A stretch of DNA of 64,000 bases. It comes from a virus. Positions within the stretch are counted from its first letter, which is position 1. Each line of letters begins with the position of its first letter. A model generated the notes under the pieces. The model ran no database searches and had not been told where the DNA came from. It saw only the letters and a list, made by a program, of their open reading frames with translations. Shown one piece after another: positions 18,157-25,999 of the stretch. The position numbers were made by a program, and so were the translations under genes. The stretch spans positions 1 to 64,000 of IMG/VR virus record IMGVR_UViG_3300048516_000001; one strand, given 5' to 3'.

Positions 18157-18552
18157 GTCGCAATCAACCTAAACCCCTATCAGGGATTGAAACCAGTACA
18201 GTGCCGCTTTATCCTTGCCTTGTGTGAGTCGCAATCAACCTAAACCCCTATCAGGGATTGAAACGTGGCTTCTTCGCAGACGACGCTAATAGCTTGCCGT
18301 CGCAATCAACCTAAACCCCTATCAGGGATTGAAACTGGAGCAAATTAAATAATGCTAATTAACAAAACTCGTCGCAATCAACCTAAACCCCTATCAGGGA
18401 TTGAAACGTGTCTAGTGGATCCGGTTGTAGGTGAATGAGTTTGGGTCGCAATCAACCTAAACCCCTATCAGGGATTGAAACTCAGACTAGCAATCATGTG
18501 CTGCACAAACATCAACGTCGCAATCAACCTAAACCCTACTAGGGATTGAAAC
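18157..18552 (+). CRISPR. CRISPR array, 6 repeats and 5 spacers, no adjacent cas genes
   Basis: 37-nt repeat GTCGCAATCAACCTAAACCCCTATCAGGGATTGAAAC starts at 18157, 18228, 18299, 18371, 18445 and 18517. The last copy is degenerate (36 nt). Spacers are 34, 34, 35, 37 and 35 nt, all different. Confidence 0.95.
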
Positions 18553-19059
18553 GTCCCCTTTGATGACTTGACCTAACCCGCCCGCCTGTTGCAAACCAGG
18601 CTTAGAAATCAACGTTTCAGTGAAGTCAACCGACAAAGGGCAACTGTAACCAGTAACCGACCCATGTTCTGAGTTCTGCCAGCCCCAAGATTCTTTCTTC
18701 TCTGCTGGCTGCGGAACCTTTACCCGCTTCAACTCTCGGATATACCAATGAGACTTATCATCGTAAATAACACTGTAGGGCGCTTGGATTGTTGACTTAC
18801 TTTTGTCTTTTGACACGATTGCACCTTCCTCATCCACAAGGTGACTCCAATACTTCCAAGGTAATCGACAGCATGGAGCGTACCCGCCACTCTCTTTACC
18901 ATCTAAACCGTTTGTAGCTTTGTAGTAGTAATAATTTGTTTCAAAATCTTCTAAGGCTGATAATCCACAATTCCACACAGACTTAGAAATTTGTAACCAC
19001 TTTTCTATTTTTTCTTTCTGTTCGAGAGACGGAAAACATTTAAATTCTAGTGTGAGCAT
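18529..19059 (-). pseudogene. Truncated tnpB-like (IS891/IS1341 OrfB-type) N-terminal fragment
   Basis: Starts MLTLEFKCFPSLEQKEKIEKWLQISKSVWNCGL, the TnpB/Cas12 N-terminal pattern. It has only 176 aa and no RuvC motifs. Its 3' end runs into the last CRISPR repeat. Confidence 0.5.
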
Positions 19060-19326
19060 AATTGAAAATCTTTTGCGAAGGGCTTTGCAAACTCAGTATA
19101 TCATGTTATCTTAGTAATATAAAGGTAGGGAGCTTTCACCCCATTACCTGTGAGCTTTGACTCATAAAAGCGAGTGTAGCGAAAGCAGCTTGAAGCTAGT
19201 CGTAAGACAGCAATCCTGAAAAATCGAAAGATGCGGGGAAACCCAAACAGGATAATTATCTGGTAGGGCAAAAGAGTGGGAACAATCTCGCTCTTTTGTT
19301 TTGGATTGAAATTGAAATTGAATATC

Positions 19327-19355
19327 TTGACAAGATTAATAGCGTTAGCTATAAT
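19327..19355 (+). promoter_or_regulatory. Consensus sigma70-type promoter
   Basis: TTGACA 19327-32, 17 nt, TATAAT 19350-55. Lies 27 nt before ATG 19382. Confidence 0.65.
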
Positions 19356-19381
19356 AGTAATATTTACCACTTCTCAATGTC

Positions 19382-19963
19382 ATGCAATTACTCCCTAATA
19401 GCGACTCACCGCAATCCGAAAGCATTGAGATTAACCAGCAGTTGCAACTATCTAGTAGCGACTCACCGCAACCTGAAGATATCGAAGAAATTAACTGGCA
19501 GTTGCAGTTAGCCAGCAAGGTACAAATTAAGCGGTGTAGCAAATGTGGAGTTTTCTCCAATCCGTATCAAAGTATCCCGCCAAAACAACTTGACGCTTGG
19601 TGCGATGACTGCTTTGTCAATACTCCAGCAATAGAACGCACTCGCAAAACCTCAGTCGGTGAACATTGGAAGTTGATACAGAAACAAGAAAGGGAAGCTC
19701 AAAAAAGAGCGGAATTGGTAGCACAGTTACAGGCACAAAAGAAATTGCTAGCCGAAAAACGTGCTAAGGATAAGAATGCACCTAAAAAGTCAAAAAAGAA
19801 GACTGTAGAAGACGCTTATTCGTTAGCCCTAGACTTTGGGGAGTTGAGCGTTGATGTAGAGGAGGACAAAGCACGGGACGCGATACTGGCACACGATGCA
19901 CGACGGGCGTACATTGCACGAGTGCAAGATAGGACAATTTTTGATGAAGACTATTGTCAGTAA
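19382..19963 (+). CDS. Hypothetical protein with tandem N-terminal repeat, Cys4 motif and basic coiled-coil
   Basis: 193-aa ORF with CSKC...CDDC. A 57/60-nt tandem duplication spans 19399-19510. The last codons and the stop lie inside the IscB element end. Confidence 0.6.
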   Translation: MQLLPNSDSPQSESIEINQQLQLSSSDSPQPEDIEEINWQLQLASKVQIKRCSKCGVFSNPYQSIPPKQLDAWCDDCFVNTPAIERTRKTSVGEHWKLIQKQEREAQKRAELVAQLQAQKKLLAEKRAKDKNAPKKSKKKTVEDAYSLALDFGELSVDVEEDKARDAILAHDARRAYIARVQDRTIFDEDYCQ

Positions 19964-20195
19964 CTCAGGTCTAAAGACACTGAGCTTGTAAGACGAAAGT
20001 TGAAGCAAGCTATCCTGACCAGCCTAAGTCTTAACTGACTACGTTTTTTGAGTCACGACACCCCGGAATGCGAAGCTAGTTCCTTGCCCTGTCGTCTGCA
20101 ATTAAACAGTTTTAAAGTCACTGAAACAGTGTTGCAGGTCTAAAAAGCTCTTAAAACATTGGCGAAGCTAACATAACCTAAGCAATTAGAGAAGG
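19954..20195 (+). ncRNA. Predicted IscB omega-RNA scaffold (guide expected just upstream, about 19935-19953)
   Basis: About 245 nt of non-coding sequence directly 5' of iscB, beginning with the hairpin CTCAGGTCTAAAGACACTGAG. IscB omega-RNAs are known to sit in this position. The fold was not verified. Confidence 0.5.
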
Positions 20196-20200
20196 CAGAA

Positions 20201-21472
20201 ATGTCAAATTACACATTAGTCATTGATTCAAATAAGCAGCCGTTAAGTCCATGTCATCCCTCGGTAGCAAGGAAATTACTAACGTCGGGTCAAGCTGCGG
20301 TATTCCGTATGTATCCATTCACCATCATTCTCAAAAAAGAGGTAATCGCCACGCCAGAACCCATTGAACTCAAAATAGACCCCGGTTCTAAAACAACTGG
20401 GATAGCCTTAGTTCAAGGGAACAAAGTTATCTTTGGTGCTGAACTAACTCATCGTGGTCAAGCTATTAAAGCAAGCCTTGAGTCTCGCAGGATTTTACGC
20501 CGGAATAGAAGAAATCGCCATACTCGCTACCGTCCCGCTAGATTCTTAAACCGGACTAAATCAAAGGGTTGGTTGGCTCCATCACTAACACATCGGGTAT
20601 TAACTACACTGACTTGGGTAAACAAGTTTATTCGGTTAGCTCCAATCAGTTCGATTTCTCAGGAGCTTGTGAGATTTGACTTACAGCAAATGGAGAATCC
20701 TGAAATATCAGGCATTGAGTACCAGCAAGGCACTCTTTCTGGCTACGAAGTACGTGAGTATCTACTTGAGAAATGGGATAGGAAATGTGCTTACTGTGAG
20801 ACAGAAAATATTTCCTTGCAGATAGAACATATTCATCCTAAATCAAAAGGTGGCTCGAATCGTATCTCCAATCTATGCCTAGCCTGTGAACATTGCAACA
20901 TCAAGAAAGGTACTCAAGATATCAAGGTTTTCTTAGCTAAGAAACCTGATGTTTTGAAAAAGGTACTTGCCCAAGCAAAGCGTCCACTAAAAGATGCAGC
21001 AGCGGTTAACTCTACTCGTTGGGCATTGTTCAACGCTCTTAAAACTACTGGATTAACTGTTACCACTGGTTCAGGAGGTAGAACCAAATTCAATCGAGCG
21101 AGCCTCAATCTTCCTAAGACTCATTGGCTAGACGCGGCTTGTGTCGGCGAAGTAGAAACATTAAAAGTCCTAACCAAAAAACCTTTGCTCATCAAGGCAA
21201 CTGGTCATGGTTCTAGGCAGATGTGTAGAACTGACAAGTTTGGATTCCCATCGCGCTATGTCCCTCGGTTCAAGTTTGTCCAAGGTTTCCAGACTGGCGA
21301 CATCGTGAAAGCGATTGTAACCAGTGGGAAGAAAATCGGAACCTATGTCGGGCGAGTTGCTGTTCGTTCTACTGGCAGTTTCAATATTTCTGCGTCAACA
21401 TTAGTTCAAGGTATTAGCCACAAGTATTGTTCAGCAATTCATAAAAAGGATGGTTATGCTTACTCAAATTAA
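20201..21472 (+). CDS. iscB: IscB RNA-guided nuclease (RuvC+HNH)
   Basis: PLMP-like N-terminus (KQPLSPCHPSVARKLL...YPFTIIL). RuvC-I IDPGSKTTGIA. Arg-rich bridge RRILRRNRRNRHTRYRPARFLNR. HNH CAYC..LQIEHIHPKSKGGSNRISNLCLACEHCNIKKG. RuvC-III KTHWLDAACVG. Confidence 0.9.
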   Translation: MSNYTLVIDSNKQPLSPCHPSVARKLLTSGQAAVFRMYPFTIILKKEVIATPEPIELKIDPGSKTTGIALVQGNKVIFGAELTHRGQAIKASLESRRILRRNRRNRHTRYRPARFLNRTKSKGWLAPSLTHRVLTTLTWVNKFIRLAPISSISQELVRFDLQQMENPEISGIEYQQGTLSGYEVREYLLEKWDRKCAYCETENISLQIEHIHPKSKGGSNRISNLCLACEHCNIKKGTQDIKVFLAKKPDVLKKVLAQAKRPLKDAAAVNSTRWALFNALKTTGLTVTTGSGGRTKFNRASLNLPKTHWLDAACVGEVETLKVLTKKPLLIKATGHGSRQMCRTDKFGFPSRYVPRFKFVQGFQTGDIVKAIVTSGKKIGTYVGRVAVRSTGSFNISASTLVQGISHKYCSAIHKKDGYAYSN

Positions 21473-21475
21473 GTC

Positions 21476-21558
21476 AGATTCAAGGCGATTGAAACCGCCG
21501 GGTCGTTTCCCTCTCAGCACTAAAGTGACTGAGTTTCCCACTTACCGAGTTGTTTATA
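21476..21558. repeat. 83-bp perfect inverted repeat, left copy (inverted LE)
   Basis: Exact reverse complement of 42106-42188, checked base by base. Confidence 0.95.
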
Positions 21559-21647
21559 TGAGGCAAAGACTTGAATAATTGTAATTTTAGCCGTCTTGAA
21601 AGACGGGGCTTTTACCCAGTTTTCTGGTAAATAGCTCTAAACGTACT

Positions 21648-22019
21648 TTGTCCATAAGTATTATGTCAGAAAACAAATTAATTCTACCTTCCGAAGTTGG
21701 TGAAGTGTCAGACGGGTTTCACACTTTTAATGAATTGTACGACCATCGCTGCACCTTGTTTCTCGCATTGTTAACGTTGGTTAATAATGCTTGGTATTCT
21801 AAAAAGCATAGTGACGGGTCTGAGTGGAGCGGCTGGTTTATTGCTGGCGTTGAGATAGAAGAAGGTAAGCAAATTACATATCATCTGCCTAATAAGTACC
21901 TGAGAATTGCTGAAGACAGGTTGGACTATAAGGAGTGTGCGCCGGAATGGGATGGACATACCTCAGCCGATGTTCTGATACGCTTGACAGAAGTGCGAGA
22001 CGCAAGCCCCTGGCTTTAG
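21648..22019 (+). CDS. Conserved phage-type hypothetical protein (EWDGH motif)
   Basis: 123-aa ORF with DGFHTFNELYDHR...WYSKKHSDGSEW...ITYHLP...EWDGHTS. Its last codons lie in the LE of the downstream IS. Confidence 0.55.
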   Translation: MSISIMSENKLILPSEVGEVSDGFHTFNELYDHRCTLFLALLTLVNNAWYSKKHSDGSEWSGWFIAGVEIEEGKQITYHLPNKYLRIAEDRLDYKECAPEWDGHTSADVLIRLTEVRDASPWL

Positions 22020-22113
22020 ACACGGGGAAAAGTCGGCAGCGGTTTCAACCGCATTGAATATTTCTTTACATTTCAATACGCAATATACAGATTCGTTCGT
22101 GTATACTGCGGGT

Positions 22114-22512
22114 ATGAAAGTAAAACTCAAATCCAATGCCAATGTAATATACTCTTGTAACTACCATATTGTTTGGTGTCCTAAGTATCGTAGGTCTGTG
22201 TTGATTAACGGTGTAGATATTCGCCTGAAATCGATTCTACAAGAAGTCTGTGCTGAATTCAATGCTGAGTTACTAGAAATGGAAGTCATGTCAGATCACG
22301 TCCACATTCTGGTAGGAGTAGACCCACAATTCGGAATTGCAAAATTAATTAGATACCTGAAAGGGCGTTCATCTCGACTGTTGAGGCAAGAATTTCCTTG
22401 GTTGAAAAGCCGACTACCAACTCTTTGGACAAATAGTTATTTCGTTGCAACGGTTGGTGGTGCACCGTTATCCGTCGTTAAGCAGTATATCGAGAATCAA
22501 AAAAATGTCTAA
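22114..22512 (+). CDS. tnpA: IS200/IS605 Y1 (HUH) transposase TnpA
   Basis: YHIVWCPKYRR, HUH motif SDHVHILV, and catalytic Tyr region SYFVATVGGAP. Start taken at MKVKLKS. Confidence 0.9.
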   Translation: MKVKLKSNANVIYSCNYHIVWCPKYRRSVLINGVDIRLKSILQEVCAEFNAELLEMEVMSDHVHILVGVDPQFGIAKLIRYLKGRSSRLLRQEFPWLKSRLPTLWTNSYFVATVGGAPLSVVKQYIENQKNV

Positions 22513-23772
22513 TTACGGATGCCAGCAAAACTTAATTAGTCCCGATTCTAGTCTGAAGGCGATTTTAGAGTTTGTATGTGGTGAATCAAATAAGTTGGCG
22601 AATTGTGCGCTGTACTATGGTCGTCAGTTGTATTTCAAGACTGGTAAGATTCCTGGAAAATACGATTTCCATAAAATGTTCAAATCAAATTTGCATTTTA
22701 AAGCTCTGTATTCTCATGTCGCGCAGCAAACTTTAACCAGCGTCGCCGAATCTTTTAGTTCGTACATTGGGCTACTAAAAGGAATTAAATCTGGGACTGT
22801 CACACAGCATCCAAGATTGCCGGGATACAGAAAAGATTCTCTGAAATTAGTAACATTCCCCAAAGCTGATGTCAAATTCAAAAACGGACTACTACGCTTT
22901 CCGTTGGGTAGCAAGGTCAAGCTTTGGTTTGGAGTTGGGGAATTCTTTTTGCCGATGCCATCAAATTTGGATTACAAGAAATTGATTGAAATTCGGATTC
23001 TCCCCAAAAATCGCTGTTTTTATGCCGAATTTGTGTATCGAACAGAGGAATTGGCTGTAGATGTTAGTCCAGGTCGTGTACTGGGATTAGACCACGGAAT
23101 TAATAACTGGTTGACAGGAGTATCCAATGTGGGAACTTCTTTCATTATTGATGGGCTACACCTAAAGTCCTTGAATCAATGGTACAACAAGCGAATCTCT
23201 GTCTTGAAAAAGAATCAACCCCAAGGTTTCTGGTCAAATCAATTAGCCAGGATTACCGAGAAAAGGAATAGACAAATTAGAGATGCAGTAAACAAAGCAG
23301 CGAGAATTGTAATTAACCACTGCCTTAAAAATCAAATAGAGACCGTAGTTTTCGGGTGGAATAAAGATCAGAAACAACGTGCAAATATGGGTAAAAAGAC
23401 TAATCAAAAATTCGTACAAATTCCCACGGGTAGACTGAAAGACAGGATATCTCAGTTATGCCAACAGCATGGAATTAAGTTTGTAGAAACCGAAGAAGCA
23501 TATACCTCAAAAGCCAGTTTTCTCGATAATGATTCACTACCTAAGTTCGGTGAAAAACCTGAAGGGTGGAAAGAATCAGGAAAAGAGTAACTCGCGGACT
23601 GTATCGTTCAGCAGATGGTACAAAAATCAATGCCGATTGCAACGGCGCAGCCAATATTATCAAAAAAGTAGCGGTAAAACTGGGATTGAATCTTAGTGGA
23701 ATCAGTAGCGGCGACTTGATAGCGCCTTTGAAAATCCGACTCTGGACTCTTCAAGAATCCCCTCGCCTTTAG
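22505..23772 (+). pseudogene. tnpB: tnpB (IS1341-type, no zinc finger) with a 1-nt frame disruption near 23582-23585
   Basis: Two overlapping ORFs (to 23590 and from 23566) together align with the intact TnpB at 42371-43693. The break falls at GGAAAAGAG, versus GGAAAACGAG in the intact copy. The RuvC-III motif NADCNGAANI lies after the break. Confidence 0.8.
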
Positions 23773-23830
23773 GCATGGGGAGTATCAAAGACTGGATTGA
23801 CAACGGTTCTTATATTTTGCCAAAGTATTG

Positions 23831-23968
23831 ATGACAGCAACATCTCAGTCCTACGAACTCCGCCCGTATCAAGATAATCTAATCGCTGAGGTTAGATTAT
23901 CTTGGGCTGCTTATCGTCGTCTTCTATTGCAATTGCCTACAGGTGGCGGCAATGCCAGATATTGCTAA
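23831..23968 (+). pseudogene. N-terminal remnant of a DEAD/SF2 helicase gene
   Basis: My translation: MTATSQSYELRPYQDNLIAEVRLSWAAYRRLLLQLPTGGGNARYC*. It has the LRPYQ and LPTGGG(K) helicase motifs I/Ia and stops inside the Walker A motif. Confidence 0.5.
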
Positions 23969-24135
23969 ATCAATTACAGTCAGTGGGCGTTTATTGAAGA
24001 AGCAGGAAACCGCAGAAAATTAGACCCTGAAGAAGATTGGGCTAAAGTACAGTATTTGAAATATCGGAAGAGTTGACACCATTGACCGAAAAGCGATAAA
24101 CAGATAAAGCTCACTCGCTCCCGACAAGCAACCTA

Positions 24136-24313
24136 GAGCATTGTAACCAGTTAAGCCCATCCACTGAAACCGTTGTACCGCATACGTTCTCAGCGTGTCG
24201 GCAAAATACTTTTAGAAAACACTTGACAATCCTAATCGGGTAGCCTATACTGATAACAGTTGGGAAGCAAACCACTGCCCGACACGCCACACTGAACCAC
24301 GAAAACCAAATGA
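24136..24313 (+). repeat. About 180-bp promoter/5'UTR cassette, copy 1
   Basis: Aligns with 25101-25280 along its whole length with scattered mismatches, including the promoter and AACCAAATGA at the start codon. Confidence 0.85.
24223..24251 (+). promoter_or_regulatory. Family-A promoter, copy 2
   Basis: TTGACA 24223-28, 17 nt, TATACT 24246-51, upstream AAAATACTTTTAGAAAACAC. Confidence 0.6.
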
Positions 24314-24990
24314 CGAAAGAATCAGAATCGGTAAAAATGAAATTACACTTAATACTATCAGGTAAGGAATGTAATAAATCAGACTTCAAAGACCTCAAAG
24401 ATTTAGCTCATCGTCGGTTTAGTGACGAGTTCAAAGAAGCTATTTGCGATACGACTCTGTACAATCTTAACCCTCCCTATTGGGCGTACTTAGAGTCTTG
24501 TACTAAAAAACTAGAAAGTAAGAAATTCAACAAAACTGAGAACGGTCAAGTTTTAGAAGTTCTTCGTTCGTGGGCGAAAATTATTCCTTTGCTTGAAGAA
24601 GTCGCCACACACATAGAAAATGTTCGCAAGGTAAGCGTAGTAAAAGCCCCGTCTCGAACGCTAGAGAATACGGGAACTTGCGCGATATGCGCGCAGAACA
24701 CCAAGCTGTTAAACGGGAAAATAGTCAATCACGGGTACGAGGTTAAGTGCCATCAGCACGTAGGAGGAATCTGCTTTGGTGTGAATTATCCACCATTAGA
24801 AGTGTCATCGGAAGCACGTATTAAATATGTAGAGCATCTCAAGAAGCTTAAGATTGACTTGGAACGTCGGAGCAAACCTGTCACGCCATTGTCCGTGGGA
24901 GAAAAATTAGTTGCAGGAAATCTGAGAGGTGTAAATCGAGAGCTAGCGTTTTTTGAAAAACTTATCACTAAGACTGTGCAAGCGACCTAG
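24310..24990 (+). CDS. Hypothetical protein with Cys/His cluster
   Basis: 226-aa ORF with CAICAQ...NHGYEVKCHQHVGGIC. Confidence 0.6.
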   Translation: MTKESESVKMKLHLILSGKECNKSDFKDLKDLAHRRFSDEFKEAICDTTLYNLNPPYWAYLESCTKKLESKKFNKTENGQVLEVLRSWAKIIPLLEEVATHIENVRKVSVVKAPSRTLENTGTCAICAQNTKLLNGKIVNHGYEVKCHQHVGGICFGVNYPPLEVSSEARIKYVEHLKKLKIDLERRSKPVTPLSVGEKLVAGNLRGVNRELAFFEKLITKTVQAT

Positions 24991-25100
24991 AGCGCGTCAA
25001 CCGATTCAATCCACACAAGCTGGGGGAATTCAGTCCTCCAGCTTGTTAACCATTACTCAACCAAGACGACATCATTAACACCTGAATTCATCCAAGCTAA

Positions 25101-25280
25101 GAGCATTGTAACCAGCTAAGCTTATCCATCGAAACCGTTACCCCGCATACGTTCTCAGCGTGTCGGCAAAATACTTTTACAAAATGCTTGACAATCCTAG
25201 TCGAGTAGCCTATACTGTTATTAGTTGGGAAGTAAACCACTGCCCGACACACACCGAACTGAACCACGAAAACCAAATGA
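25101..25280 (+). repeat. About 180-bp promoter/5'UTR cassette, copy 2
   Basis: See 24136-24313. It is preceded (25062-25107) by a degenerate copy of the start of gene 26796. Confidence 0.85.
25188..25216 (+). promoter_or_regulatory. Family-A promoter, copy 3
   Basis: TTGACA 25188-93, 17 nt, TATACT 25211-16. Confidence 0.6.
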
Positions 25281-25930
25281 ACACTCAAGCTAAATTTGCT
25301 CAAATTGACGCAGAGATTGCCGAGTTGCAATCCAAGCTAGCGGAAGCGCAAGACCGTCGAGAACTGCTAGCGTCAGTTAAGCCTGCCTGCGACGCTGCAT
25401 TGGTAGCGATTGATAAGGTTCTTGACAGGTTGTGCCTAGTCGGGCTGTCTGATGAATTTGGATTAAAGGAAGTCGCTGCATTTAAATCGGCGATTGACGC
25501 TAAATTCAAGTTTATGGAAGACGAGGAAGACGAATGGGCTACACAAACTGAAGTCGAAATTCCGCAAGTTGTAAAGCAGTCCAAGCGTACTCAGTCATGC
25601 GCTAAAGCTGAAACGAAAGACTACCAAAAACTTGTTTTTGGCGATACTTCTTTTCCTGACCGCCCCGTTCAAAGCAGACAGTTCAAAATCATAATTCAAG
25701 AGTTGACGGGAATAGGAATAGAAATTGGCAAAGCTATTGCTAGCCGTTCCGACGTTAAAGGATGGCATCTCCGATGGGGTCAAGACAAAGCTGGACTCTA
25801 CTGGGCAGTTGGAGGCGGTTGGGGTGTTGAAGCTCTAAAATCAGGCGATGAACTAACAGGAAACTGGGAAGGCTTTAACCTTGACCAACAACTTGAATGC
25901 AACGGCATTGCCATTGACGACATTGACTAA
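25277..25930 (+). CDS. Hypothetical protein (N-terminal coiled-coil)
   Basis: Start set at MNTQAKF (ATG 25277), downstream of the promoter. The track ORF start at 25160 would lie upstream of the promoter. Confidence 0.6.
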   Translation: MNTQAKFAQIDAEIAELQSKLAEAQDRRELLASVKPACDAALVAIDKVLDRLCLVGLSDEFGLKEVAAFKSAIDAKFKFMEDEEDEWATQTEVEIPQVVKQSKRTQSCAKAETKDYQKLVFGDTSFPDRPVQSRQFKIIIQELTGIGIEIGKAIASRSDVKGWHLRWGQDKAGLYWAVGGGWGVEALKSGDELTGNWEGFNLDQQLECNGIAIDDID

Positions 25931-25999
25931 CTAATAGCAATCGGGGCTTAATTAGCCCCGCTCAATTCTAACCACTTCAAATTACCACACACTAAAACC

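Larger units (their letters stand above)
19954..21558 (+). mobile_element. IscB-carrying IS200/IS605-superfamily element (no tnpA)
   Basis: Bounded by the reverse complement of an RE-type hairpin (19964-19984) and by an inverted copy of the LE of the tnpB element (21476-21558). The left boundary is approximate. Confidence 0.65.
21985..23788 (+). mobile_element. IS200/IS605-family element (tnpA + tnpB)
   Basis: LE hairpin CCCCTGGCTTTAGACACGGGG (22007-22027) followed by GGTTTCAACCGCATTGAAT. RE hairpin CCCCTCGCCTTTAGGCATGGGG followed by AGTATCAA, ending about 23788. The left boundary is approximate. Confidence 0.8.
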
